NCBI GenBank assembly: GCA_964406355.1
Contig: CAYORO010000002.1
Location: 4,266-68,265 of the forward strand
Length of the DNA stretch: 64,000 bases
Direction of reading: 5' to 3'
Source of the DNA: an uncultured Limibaculum sp.
GTDB taxonomy: Bacteria > Pseudomonadota > Alphaproteobacteria > Rhodobacterales > Rhodobacteraceae
Under the pieces are notes generated by a model that worked only from the letters and a program-made list of their open reading frames with translations, was not told the DNA's origin and did not search any database. The translations under genes were made by a program, and so were the position numbers. The first letter of the stretch is position 1, and each line of letters begins with the position of its first letter. Of this stretch, positions 1 through 9,208 are shown in pieces.

Positions 1-502
1 GATCTTCGACGACGATCACTACTATATGGGTGGCCTGATGGCCGAGATGATGCGCGCCGAGGGCCGGGCGGTCACCCTCGTGACGCCGGAGGCCGTCGCC
101 TCGCAGTGGACCTACTACACGCTCGAGCAGACGCGCATCCAGCGGCGGTTGATGGAGATGGGGGTCGAGATCGTGCCGCTGCACGGGCTCTCGGAGATCG
201 CGGATACCCGGGTGACCCTCGAATGCGTCTACACCGAGCGGCCGCGCGAGATCCCGGCCGCCGCGGTCATCATGGTCACCATGCGCAAGCCAATCGACAC
301 GCTCTACCACGCGGTCGAGGAGCGGTTGGCGGCGGGTGCGGGTGCCGCGCCGAAAACACTCTGCCGGATCGGCGACTGCCTCGGCCCCGGCACCATCGCC
401 GCCGCCGTCTATGGCGGGCACCGCTATGCCCGCGAGCTCGGCGCGCCAGTGTCGGACGCCCCCCCCTTCCGCCGCGAGCTGCCCCAGATCGCGCCCGACT
501 GA
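1..502 (+). CDS. C-terminal part of TMADH/histamine dehydrogenase-family flavoprotein (begins before window)
   Basis: FDDDHYYMGG...IGDCLGPGTIAAAVYGGHRYARE tail typical of TMADH family; similar to the tail of the catalytic part of the next gene. Confidence 0.8.
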   Translation, partial: IFDDDHYYMGGLMAEMMRAEGRAVTLVTPEAVASQWTYYTLEQTRIQRRLMEMGVEIVPLHGLSEIADTRVTLECVYTERPREIPAAAVIMVTMRKPIDTLYHAVEERLAAGAGAAPKTLCRIGDCLGPGTIAAAVYGGHRYARELGAPVSDAPPFRRELPQIAPD

Positions 503-546
503 GCACCACCTCACCACCGCCTGACCACCGCGCCCCGGAGATCCCG

Positions 547-3057
547 ATGACCCGCGACCCGCGCTATGACTGCCTGTTCGAGCCCGTCCGGATCGGTCCG
601 GTCACCGCCAAGAATCGCTTCTATCAGGTGCCGCACTGCACCGGCATGGGCTGGCTCCGCCCGCAGACGCTCGCCGAGATGCGCGGGATCAAGGCCGAGG
701 GCGGCTGGGGCGTCGTCTGCACGGAGTATTGCTCGATCCACCCGGCCTCGGACGACCTCTACGGCGTCTCGGCCGCGCTCTGGGACGCGGACGATGTGCG
801 CGCCCATGCGCTGATGACCGAGAAGGTGCACGCCCATGGGGCGCTCGCCGGCGTCGAGCTCTGGTTCGGCGGACAGCGCAACTCCAACGCCTACAGCCGC
901 CTGCCCACGCTCGACGTGCATTCCCTCCCGAACGGCGTCGGCCACCCCTGGCAGACCCGCGAGATGGACCGGACCGACATCGCCGATCTCCGCCGCTGGC
1001 ACCGCAAGGCCGCGCTCCGCGCCAAGGAGGCGGGTTTCGACATCGTCTATGTCTACGCGACGCACACCTATCTGCTGTCGAACTTCCTCGATCCGCGGAT
1101 CAACCGGCGGGGCGACGAATATGGCGGCAGCCTCGAGAACCGCGTCCGCCTGACCCGCGAGCTGATCGAGGAGACCAAGGACGCCGTCGGCGACAGCTGC
1201 GCGGTGGCCGTGCGCTTCTCTGCCGAGGAGAAGATGGGCGCGGACGGGATGCCCGAGACCGGCGAGCGGCGCGAGATGTTCGCCCTGCTGGCCGAGTTGC
1301 CCGACCTCTGGGACATCAACATCGCCGACTACAGCCTCGAGATGGGGGGCTCGCGGTTTGCCAAGGAAGCAGCGCTCGAGCCCTATATGGACTGGGTGAG
1401 ATCGGCGACGACGAAGCCCGTGGTCACCGTCGGCCGCTTCACCTCGCCCGACACGATGGCCGGACAGGTGCGGCGCGGGATCGTGGATCTGATCGGCGCC
1501 GCGCGGCCCTCGATCGCCGACCCGTTCCTGCCGAAGAAGATCGAGGAGGGCCGGCTCGAGGACATCCGCGAGTGCATCGGCTGCAACATCTGCTACTCGG
1601 GCGACAGCTTGGGCGTGCCGATCCGCTGCACCCAGAACCCGACCATGGGCGAGGAATGGCGCCGCGGCTGGCATCCGGAGCGGGTGCCGGCGCGGGGCTC
1701 GGACGCGCATGTGCTGGTGGTCGGCGCGGGCCCTGCGGGGCTCGAGGCCGCCCGGGCGCTCGGTGCGCGCGGCTACCGGGTGACGCTGGCCGAAGCCACG
1801 CGCGAGCTTGGCGGGCGGGTGGCGCGCGAGGCCCGGCTGCCGGGCATGAGCGAATATATCCGCGTGCGCGACCACCGCGTGCAGCAGCTCCACAAGCTGG
1901 CGAATGTCGAGATCTTCCTCGAGAGCCGGCTCACGGCCGAGGATGTGCTGGAGCTCGCGCCCGATCACGTGGCTCTCGCGACCGGGGCCGACTGGCGGAC
2001 CGAGCGCTTTGACGGGTCGTGCTATGAGGCGATGGCCGTCCCCGAGGCAGCAGCGGCCGTCTTTACGCCAGACGACATCATGGCGGGCCGGCTGCCCGAT
2101 GGCCCGGTGGTCGTCTTCGACCAGGAGGGCTACTACATGGCGGCCGTCCTCGCCGAGAAGCTGCGGGCCGAAGGGCGCGCGGTCACCTTCGTGAGCGAGA
2201 GCGACAGCGTCGCGCCCTGGGGGGACATGACCGCCGAGGGCACGCGCACACGCCGGCGCCTCGTATCGCTCGGGATCGAGATTGTCACTGGCCGCACGGT
2301 GGAGCGCTTCGACGGAGCAGGGGCGACGCTCACCTGCCCCTATGGCGGGCCGGAGCGGCGCATTCCCTGCGCGGGGCTCGTGGCGGTGACGGCACGGGCC
2401 CCGCGGGCCGGGCTCCACGAGGCGCTGCTTGCCCGGGCGGCCGCCGCGCCGCTGCCCTTCACGCTCACCCGGATCGGCGACTGCGAGGCGCCGGGCATCG
2501 TCGCCCAGGCAGTCCATGCCGGGCACCGCTATGCGCTCGAGCTCGACGCCGCCATCGACCGGGACGAGCCGCTCCGGCACGAGCGCGTCGGCCTCGTCGA
2601 GCCCCGCTATCTCGAGACGCTGCTCCTCTATTACGAGGAGGAGATCATGGGGGAGGCCTATTTCGAGGCGATGGCCGAGCGCTTCGAGGCGCCTGACCGG
2701 GCCGAGAAGATGCGTCTCCTCGCGGATGTCGAGCGCCGTGCGGCCGCGCATGTCCGGCCGCTGATCGAGCGCCATCGCCTGACGCCGCGGCCCGATCCGG
2801 AGCTGCGCGCCCTCGGGCGGGCCGAAGCCGCCGCGGAGAGCGGCGACTGGGAAACGGTGATGGCCGGGATGCGCAAGAGCTATCCCGGCTATGTCGATGC
2901 CTTCGAGCGCCTCGAGGCCATGGCGCCCGTCGCGGATCGCCCCGCACTTGCCCGCCTGACCGAGCACGAGACCGCCGCAATCGCCTTCCTCGACGCCGAG
3001 CGCGACGGCTCGGGCGACAGCACGGCCCCGCTCCGCCACTATGTCGCGGCGGAGTGA
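547..3057 (+). CDS. Trimethylamine/histamine dehydrogenase-family FMN/4Fe-4S oxidoreductase with C-terminal ferritin-like extension
   Basis: ATG at 547 after GGAG; YQVPHC (cysteinyl-FMN Cys), CIGCNIC-x11-C Fe-S motif, GAGPAG Rossmann; extra ~150 aa helical domain from ~2608. Confidence 0.88.
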   Translation: MTRDPRYDCLFEPVRIGPVTAKNRFYQVPHCTGMGWLRPQTLAEMRGIKAEGGWGVVCTEYCSIHPASDDLYGVSAALWDADDVRAHALMTEKVHAHGALAGVELWFGGQRNSNAYSRLPTLDVHSLPNGVGHPWQTREMDRTDIADLRRWHRKAALRAKEAGFDIVYVYATHTYLLSNFLDPRINRRGDEYGGSLENRVRLTRELIEETKDAVGDSCAVAVRFSAEEKMGADGMPETGERREMFALLAELPDLWDINIADYSLEMGGSRFAKEAALEPYMDWVRSATTKPVVTVGRFTSPDTMAGQVRRGIVDLIGAARPSIADPFLPKKIEEGRLEDIRECIGCNICYSGDSLGVPIRCTQNPTMGEEWRRGWHPERVPARGSDAHVLVVGAGPAGLEAARALGARGYRVTLAEATRELGGRVAREARLPGMSEYIRVRDHRVQQLHKLANVEIFLESRLTAEDVLELAPDHVALATGADWRTERFDGSCYEAMAVPEAAAAVFTPDDIMAGRLPDGPVVVFDQEGYYMAAVLAEKLRAEGRAVTFVSESDSVAPWGDMTAEGTRTRRRLVSLGIEIVTGRTVERFDGAGATLTCPYGGPERRIPCAGLVAVTARAPRAGLHEALLARAAAAPLPFTLTRIGDCEAPGIVAQAVHAGHRYALELDAAIDRDEPLRHERVGLVEPRYLETLLLYYEEEIMGEAYFEAMAERFEAPDRAEKMRLLADVERRAAAHVRPLIERHRLTPRPDPELRALGRAEAAAESGDWETVMAGMRKSYPGYVDAFERLEAMAPVADRPALARLTEHETAAIAFLDAERDGSGDSTAPLRHYVAAE

Positions 3058-3070
3058 GCCGCCGGGGCGG

Positions 3071-3397
3071 TCAGCCCTTTGGCAGATAGGGGATGGCGCC
3101 GGCGATGTCGGTGTCGTCGATCACGTGGAACCGGCTGATGCTGCCGTCCTGACGCGCCTTTGCGTGCGGGGCATAGTCCGGATCGTTGGCGAAGGCATCG
3201 AGGGATGCGCGGTCCGGAAACTGGATGATCGCGATCAGCGTGCTCCCGAGCTTCTCGCCCTCGATCGTGTCGATATTGCCCGAGCGGCTGAGATACCGCC
3301 CGCCATGCTTGGCGGCGATATCGTGGACCACGGCGGCATAGCCCGGCACCCAGGCGTCATCGGTCAGCGTCACATCGGCAATCAGAAAGACAGGCAT
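3071..3397 (-). CDS. DUF1330 family protein
   Basis: HGGRYLSR..IIQFPD..YAPHAKAR pattern; GGGAGG RBS before ATG 3397. Confidence 0.85.
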   Translation of the reverse strand: MPVFLIADVTLTDDAWVPGYAAVVHDIAAKHGGRYLSRSGNIDTIEGEKLGSTLIAIIQFPDRASLDAFANDPDYAPHAKARQDGSISRFHVIDDTDIAGAIPYLPKG

Positions 3398-3424
3398 CGC
3401 GCCCTCCCATGTCATCGAACGAAA

Positions 3425-3449
3425 CGGGAGCCGGACAGCCCGGCTCCCG
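3425..3449 (-). terminator. Putative intrinsic terminator after GMC gene
   Basis: Perfect 10-bp stem CGGGAGCCGG/CCGGCTCCCG, 5-nt loop, followed by TTTCGTT on minus strand. Confidence 0.55.
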
Positions 3450-3471
3450 CATGGTGTCGTGGTCCCGCGGC

Positions 3472-5043
3472 TCAGAGCTCGCCGCGCGACATCATCCCCG
3501 CGATCGCATCCGCCTGGCGCATCGCCAGGGCGACGATCGTGAGCGTGGGGTTCTCTGCGGCGCCAGTCGTGAAGACCGACCCGTCTGAGACGAAAAGGTT
3601 CGGCACATCATGGGTTTGGCCCCATTTGTTGACCACGCCGTCGCGTGGCCGCTCGGACATGCGGTTGGTGCCGAGATTGTGCGTCGACGGATAGGGCGGG
3701 GTCGGCAGGGTCCGCACCGCGCCCACCGCGTCATAGATCGCCGAGCCCTGCCGGTAGGCATGGGTGCGCATCGCGACATCGTTGGGGTGGTCGGTGAAGT
3801 GCACATTGGGCACTGCCATCCCGTACTGGTCGGTCTCGGTCGGATGCAGGCTGATCCGGTTCGAGTCCTGCGGCATGTCCTCGCCCACCAGCCACATCCC
3901 GGCCATGTGCTCATAGCCGTCCATCGCCGAGGCGAACTCGCGCCCCCAGGCGCCCGGATCGAGGAAGGCCGCCATGAAGGGTACGCCGATCGAGAGCGTC
4001 TCCATCTCGTCGCCGCCGACGAAGCCGCGGGAGGGGTCGTTGATCGACTCGTCCGTCACGATGCCGGCCATGGTGGTGCCGCGCCACATCCGCACGGGCT
4101 CGGGGAAGATCGCATAGACCGACCCCGTCATGTGCCGCATGTAGTTGCGCCCCACCTGGCCCGAGCTGTTGGCCAGGCCATCGGGGAACATCGCGGAGGC
4201 CGAGTTGAGCAGGAGCCGCGGGCTCTCGATCGAGTTGCCGGCGACACAGACCGCGCGGGCCGCCTGACGCTGCTGGGTGCCATCCCGGTCGGCATAGACG
4301 ACGCCGGTGACCTTGCCCGTATCGTCATGCTCGATGGTCAGCACATGGGCGTGCTCGCGGACCTCGAGATTGCCGGTCGCCTCGCCGGCCGGGATCTCGG
4401 TATAGGCGGTCGACCACTTCGCGCCCATCTTGCAGCCCTGGAAGCAGAAGCCGAGCTGCTGGCAGGCGGGGCGGCCGTCGCGGGGCTCCGAGTTGATGCC
4501 CATGCGGCCGGTATGGACATGTTTGTAGCCAAGCTTCTTGGCGCCCGCCTCGAGCACCTTGTAGTTGTTGTTGCCCGGCAGGCCGGGGCGGTCGCCGGTC
4601 CGGGTGACGCCGATCTTGTCCTCGGCGGCGGTGTACCAGGGATCCATCTCCTCGGCGGTGATCGGCCAGTCGAGGAGGTTCGCCCCCGGCACGTCGCCAT
4701 ACTCGGTTCGCACGCGCCACTCATGCTCCTGGAAGCGCAGCGAGGCGCCCGCCCAGTGCACGGTCGAGCCGCCCACCGCCTTGACGATCCAGGCCGGCAG
4801 CCCAGAGAAGTCGCGGCTCACACGCCAGCCGCCCGAGGTGGTGCGCTTGTCGAGCCAGGCGAGCTGGCCGAAGCTCGACCACTCGTCGTTGAGATAGTCG
4901 TCCGGCAGATGACGCCCGCCGGCCTCGAGGGCAACCACCGAGACGCCCTTCTGTGCCAGCTCGTTCGCGAGGGTTCCGCCGCCGGCGCCGGTGCCGATGA
5001 CAACGACCACGCTGTCGTCGGATTGGTCGAAAGGTGCAGCCAT
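3472..5043 (-). CDS. GMC family flavoprotein oxidoreductase
   Basis: GTGAGG FAD motif, GGSTVHW, C-x4-C-x3-C cluster motif, HNLGT and ENPTLT C-terminal motifs. Confidence 0.9.
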   Translation of the reverse strand: MAAPFDQSDDSVVVVIGTGAGGGTLANELAQKGVSVVALEAGGRHLPDDYLNDEWSSFGQLAWLDKRTTSGGWRVSRDFSGLPAWIVKAVGGSTVHWAGASLRFQEHEWRVRTEYGDVPGANLLDWPITAEEMDPWYTAAEDKIGVTRTGDRPGLPGNNNYKVLEAGAKKLGYKHVHTGRMGINSEPRDGRPACQQLGFCFQGCKMGAKWSTAYTEIPAGEATGNLEVREHAHVLTIEHDDTGKVTGVVYADRDGTQQRQAARAVCVAGNSIESPRLLLNSASAMFPDGLANSSGQVGRNYMRHMTGSVYAIFPEPVRMWRGTTMAGIVTDESINDPSRGFVGGDEMETLSIGVPFMAAFLDPGAWGREFASAMDGYEHMAGMWLVGEDMPQDSNRISLHPTETDQYGMAVPNVHFTDHPNDVAMRTHAYRQGSAIYDAVGAVRTLPTPPYPSTHNLGTNRMSERPRDGVVNKWGQTHDVPNLFVSDGSVFTTGAAENPTLTIVALAMRQADAIAGMMSRGEL

Positions 5044-5056
5044 TGCTCGGTCCCCC

Positions 5057-5596
5057 TCAGATCCACGCGATGTCGTCGAAGCCGCGCTCGAGATAGCCGC
5101 CCTTGGAGTAGGACTCGCCCTCGTAGCCGAAGACCGGCCAGACCTCTTTCTGGTTGTAGAGCCCGACGACGAGGCCCCCGCGGATCGTCTGGAAGAACGG
5201 GCCGCCCTCGATCTCGCGCAGCATCGCCACGCGGTCGATCTCCCATCCGGTGCCGAGATAGCCGGCATGGCCCTTGGCGGCGGCCATGGTGTCGAGCCCG
5301 GCGACGCCGTCCTCGATCATGGCGCGGAAAGCTTCGTCCTCGGCCGCCGTGTCGTCATGGCCCTTGACCGCGATCGCGTAGTGTTTGTCGGCGATCCGGT
5401 CGTGGGGGTAGGTGTCGCGCGCGATCTGGATCAGCGTTGCCATGGTCTGGGGCTTGAGCGCCTTGAGCTCGATCGCCCAGGCATCGGTCGCCGACGCCAC
5501 GAAGCTGCCGCCAACCACGAAGGCCGCGCCGAGCGCAGCCCCCGAGGCAAGCAGATCGCGCCGGGTCATCGCCCTGACGCTGCCATTCCCGGTCAT
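5057..5596 (-). CDS. Tat-exported small subunit (gluconate 2-dehydrogenase subunit 3-like)
   Basis: TRRDLL twin-arginine signal; LYNQKEVWPVFGYEG motif; directly upstream of GMC. Confidence 0.75.
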   Translation of the reverse strand: MTGNGSVRAMTRRDLLASGAALGAAFVVGGSFVASATDAWAIELKALKPQTMATLIQIARDTYPHDRIADKHYAIAVKGHDDTAAEDEAFRAMIEDGVAGLDTMAAAKGHAGYLGTGWEIDRVAMLREIEGGPFFQTIRGGLVVGLYNQKEVWPVFGYEGESYSKGGYLERGFDDIAWI

Positions 5597-5691
5597 TTCA
5601 GTCTCCCTTTATTGCGAGCCCGGCTGCTTCGGCCGGGTCATTGCTTTGAAGCCGGCCGTCTGACGCGGCCGGGTCGTCCTTGGTCGGCGGT

Positions 5692-6096
5692 CTATTGGTA
5701 GCGACCGGCGCGCTGCAGCACCTCGATCTGGTAGCCATCCGGATCGGCCACGAAAAAGAACTTGGCGATCACCGGGGTGCCCTCGCCGCCCGGGGCAAAC
5801 GCGACCAGCTTGCGGGGCTCGAGCCCCTCGGCCGCAAATCGCGCATGCTCGGCCTCGAGATCGTCGACCACGAAGGCAATGTGCCCATAGCCGTCGCCGA
5901 GGGTGTAGGGCTCGGCCTGGCCCTTGTTGACCGTCAGCTCGAGCTCGAAGTCGTTCTCGGGATTGCGGAGATAGACGAGGGTGAAGTTGGGGAAATCCAT
6001 CCGCTCGGCCACGGTCAGCCCGAAGGCCGTCTCGTAGAATTTCACCGAGCGCTCCTCCTCGAGCACCCGGATCATGGAATGGATGGCCTTGGCCAT
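5692..6096 (-). CDS. VOC family / lactoylglutathione lyase-like
   Basis: HSMIRV, ELELTVN, GYGHIAF, DPDGYQIE glyoxalase motifs. Confidence 0.88.
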   Translation of the reverse strand: MAKAIHSMIRVLEEERSVKFYETAFGLTVAERMDFPNFTLVYLRNPENDFELELTVNKGQAEPYTLGDGYGHIAFVVDDLEAEHARFAAEGLEPRKLVAFAPGGEGTPVIAKFFFVADPDGYQIEVLQRAGRYQ

Positions 6097-6169
6097 AAAG
6101 CGCCTCCGATCTGATCATGGGGTCAGATCAGAGTACCAGCGCCGTCCCGGCACGGGTGGTATCCGGATA

Positions 6170-6466
6170 CTACGCGGCGGCCTCGGCGGCGGGGGCGGCT
6201 GCGGCCTCTGGGCGGCGCATATGGATCAGGCACGCACAGCGCAGCAGCGAGGTGAAGTTGCGCGCCTCGCCATGCACCTCCGAGACCTCGTCATGGAGCT
6301 TGGCGACGAATTGCGGCACCGTCATCCCCTCGCGCCCGGCGACATCGTCGAGCACCCGCCAGAACGCGGCCTCGAGCCGGATCGAGGTGCTGAAGCCGTT
6401 GAGGCGCATCGAGCGGGTTTCGCTCTCGTAATCCGCAGGATCCTGTCCGGCGAAGATCTGGCACAT
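6170..6466 (-). CDS. Ribbon-helix-helix domain protein
   Basis: TRSMRLNGFSTSIRLEAAFW..NFTSLLRC RHH_4-type signature. Confidence 0.8.
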   Translation of the reverse strand: MCQIFAGQDPADYESETRSMRLNGFSTSIRLEAAFWRVLDDVAGREGMTVPQFVAKLHDEVSEVHGEARNFTSLLRCACLIHMRRPEAAAAPAAEAAA

Positions 6467-6598
6467 GGCGTTGTCCTTCCCAAGTCCCGCTCCTTTGCGG
6501 GACCGGAGCGCAATCGCCCCCGGGCTCCCGCAAGTCACGGGTGTTTTCAAAAGGATAAGACGGGGGAGCCCTCGCCGGCAAGCGGGCCATATCACCGC

Positions 6599-6642
6599 GG
6601 GGGGCCGGCGGGGGGCCGGCGGGGGGCCGGCGGGGGGCCGGC
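6599..6642 (+). repeat. Tandem repeat (GGGGGGCCGGC)x4
   Basis: Four perfect 11-bp units read directly. Confidence 0.9.
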
Positions 6643-6658
6643 GCGGGCGATGCGGTGC

Positions 6659-9091
6659 CTAGGCCAGGAGCCGGCTGTTGTTGGCGTCGTAGACCGGGTC
6701 GCGCGCGACGACGGCCGCGTGGTCGGTCTCGAGGATCTGGACCCGCAGGGCCTGGCCGGGCGCGGCCGAGGCGCTCTCGATCCAGGCGACGGCGAGCATC
6801 TTGTCGGTCCGCCACCCCATGCCGCCGGAGGTGACATAGCCGATCAGCCGGTCGTCGCGCAGCACCGGCTCGGTGCCCCAGCAGGGCGGTGCGCCGGGGT
6901 CGATCTCGAGCGTCACCATGCGCCTGGCGGGAGGCGTCGCGCGCTCGGCATCGACGGCGGCGCGGCCGAGATAATCCTTGCCGCGCGAGCAGAAGCGCTC
7001 GAGCCCCGCGACGGCCGGGGTGATCTCGGTGGTCATCTCGGCGCCCCAGCTCCGATAGCCCTTCTCGAGACGGAGCATGCCCATGGCGCGGCTGCCGACG
7101 AGCCGAAGGCCGACTGCCTCTCCCTCGGCCATCAGCGCGTCGAACAGGGCCCTTTGCGAGGTCATCGGGCAGTGCAGCTCCCAGCCGAGCTCGCCGGAAT
7201 AGCTGACGCGGAGCGCGCGCGCGCGGACCGGGCCGAGCTCCACCTCGCGCGCGGTCATGAAGGGGAAGCTGTCGAACGGCGCCTCCTCGGGCCCGGAGCT
7301 GAGCGCGTTCAGCAGCTCGCGTGACCGGGGCCCGGCGAGGCCGAGGATCGCGGACCGCTCGGTGACATCCTCGATCATGACCTCGAAGCCATCCGCCCGG
7401 TGCTCCATCCAGCGTCGATAGTGACCGGCGCCGAGCGTCGCGCCGACAAGATAGAAGCTCTCCTCGGGGCCGGTCGTCTCGGTGAGGATGGTGGCGTCGC
7501 CGACGATCCCGCCGCGGGCATTCAGAAAGAGGGACAGCGCGATGCCGCCCTCCGCGGCGCGCAGCTTGGCCGAGCCGATCTGGTCGAGGAACCGGCGCGC
7601 ATCCGGGCCGCTGACCCGAAACTTGCCGAAGCTCGACATCTCGACCAGCCCGCAGGAGGCGGCCATGGCGCGTGCCTCGGCGCCGACATGCTCCCACCAG
7701 TTCGGCCGCTCAAAGCTCGGCTCGTCCCTTGGCTCGACGCCCTCCGGCGCATACCAGAGCGGCCGCTCCCAGCCGCTGGCCTGGCCCATCACGGCCCCGT
7801 GGCGCAGCAGCGCATCGTGGATCGGCGTGGTGCGCAGACCGCGCCCCTGCTGCCGCTCGAGGCCCGGATAGAGAAGATCGTAGCGCAGGGGCAGGATCTC
7901 GTGGACCCGGGCGCGGGCAAAGGCCTTGGTGGTCCAGTCGCCGAACCGGGCGACGTCGAAATAGTGGAGATCCATCTCGGGCTCGCCCTCGAGGATCCAC
8001 TGGCTCATGGCGAGACCGAGGCCGCCGCCCTGGGTGATGCCGCTCAGGTTGCCGCAGCAGACAAAGAACCCGTCGACACCCGGGACCGGCCCCATCATCG
8101 GCCGGCCGTCGGGCGAGAAGCTGATCGCGCCGTTGACCACGCGCTTGATCCCTGCGCTCTCGAGCGCGGGGACCCGGTGGAAGATCGCCGCGAGTTCGTC
8201 CTCCATGCGGTCGAGGTCGCTGGGGAACAACTCCTGGCCGAAACTCCAGGGCGCGCCGCGCCCGCCCCAGGCCTCGCGGCAGCGCTTCTCCCACGGCCCG
8301 ATCAGCAGCCCCTGGGCCTCCTGGCGCATGTAGAACTGGCTGTCGGTGTCGCGGATCATCGGCAGCTCGCCGGCGAGGCGCTCCACCTCGGGCATCGTCT
8401 CGGTGACGAGATACTGATGCTCCATGTTCACCACGGGCAGGCGCACGCCGGCCATGCGCCCGACGTCGTCGGCCCAGAAGCCGGCGCAGTTGACGACGAT
8501 CTCGCACTCGAATGTCGCCTCGCCCGCGGTCAGTCGCCAGCCGCCGGAGGGTAGCCGCGAGATCCCGTCGACCTGGGTGTTCCGCAGGATCTGGCCGCCG
8601 TGTTTGCGGGCCGCGGCGGCGAGGCCCATGGTGACGGAGTAGGGGTCGACATAGCCCTCTTCCGGGTCCCAGGCGCCGCCGACGATGTCGTCGACATTGA
8701 CCAGGGGATGGCGCCGCGTGATCTCCGCCGGCCCGATGATCTCGTAGTCGAGGCCGAGCGCGCGAAACTTGCCCGCGAGATGCTTGAACTCGACCATCCG
8801 CTCGGGCGTCTGCGCGAGGAAGATGCCGCCGACGACATGGCTGCCGACATCCTGGCCCACCTCCGCGCTCAGCCCGTCATAGAGCCTGAGCGAGTAGGCC
8901 TGGAGCGCGGACACATTGGCATAGGGCGACATGGTGTGGACGTTTCCGGCCGAATGCCACGTCGCGCCGGCGGTCAGCTCGCGGCGCTCGAGCAGGAGGG
9001 CCTCCGCCTCGCCGGCCTTCGCCAGGTGGTAGAGGATGGAGACGCCGACGATGCCGCCTCCGATGACGATGATGCGTGCATGGGTGGTCAT
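6659..9091 (-). CDS. GcvT-family FAD-dependent oxidoreductase (dimethylglycine/sarcosine dehydrogenase-like)
   Basis: GGGIVG, ATWHSAG covalent-FAD His motif, C-terminal THF-binding domain with LRLEKGY. Confidence 0.9.
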   Translation of the reverse strand: MTTHARIIVIGGGIVGVSILYHLAKAGEAEALLLERRELTAGATWHSAGNVHTMSPYANVSALQAYSLRLYDGLSAEVGQDVGSHVVGGIFLAQTPERMVEFKHLAGKFRALGLDYEIIGPAEITRRHPLVNVDDIVGGAWDPEEGYVDPYSVTMGLAAAARKHGGQILRNTQVDGISRLPSGGWRLTAGEATFECEIVVNCAGFWADDVGRMAGVRLPVVNMEHQYLVTETMPEVERLAGELPMIRDTDSQFYMRQEAQGLLIGPWEKRCREAWGGRGAPWSFGQELFPSDLDRMEDELAAIFHRVPALESAGIKRVVNGAISFSPDGRPMMGPVPGVDGFFVCCGNLSGITQGGGLGLAMSQWILEGEPEMDLHYFDVARFGDWTTKAFARARVHEILPLRYDLLYPGLERQQGRGLRTTPIHDALLRHGAVMGQASGWERPLWYAPEGVEPRDEPSFERPNWWEHVGAEARAMAASCGLVEMSSFGKFRVSGPDARRFLDQIGSAKLRAAEGGIALSLFLNARGGIVGDATILTETTGPEESFYLVGATLGAGHYRRWMEHRADGFEVMIEDVTERSAILGLAGPRSRELLNALSSGPEEAPFDSFPFMTAREVELGPVRARALRVSYSGELGWELHCPMTSQRALFDALMAEGEAVGLRLVGSRAMGMLRLEKGYRSWGAEMTTEITPAVAGLERFCSRGKDYLGRAAVDAERATPPARRMVTLEIDPGAPPCWGTEPVLRDDRLIGYVTSGGMGWRTDKMLAVAWIESASAAPGQALRVQILETDHAAVVARDPVYDANNSRLLA

Positions 9092-9208
9092 GCCGGCTCC
9101 TCCGCGTGTCCTGCGTCTCCGGGCGCCGTTGCGCGCCCGTGCGTCGGTCGAGCCTAGACGGGGACGTGTGCTGCGGAGGCCGACGATCTCGACATCGCCC
9201 CCCGCCGA

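Noticed and set aside
106-546. 983-aa ORF N-terminal extension
   Set aside because: Overlaps the upstream gene in another frame; homology starts at ATG 547
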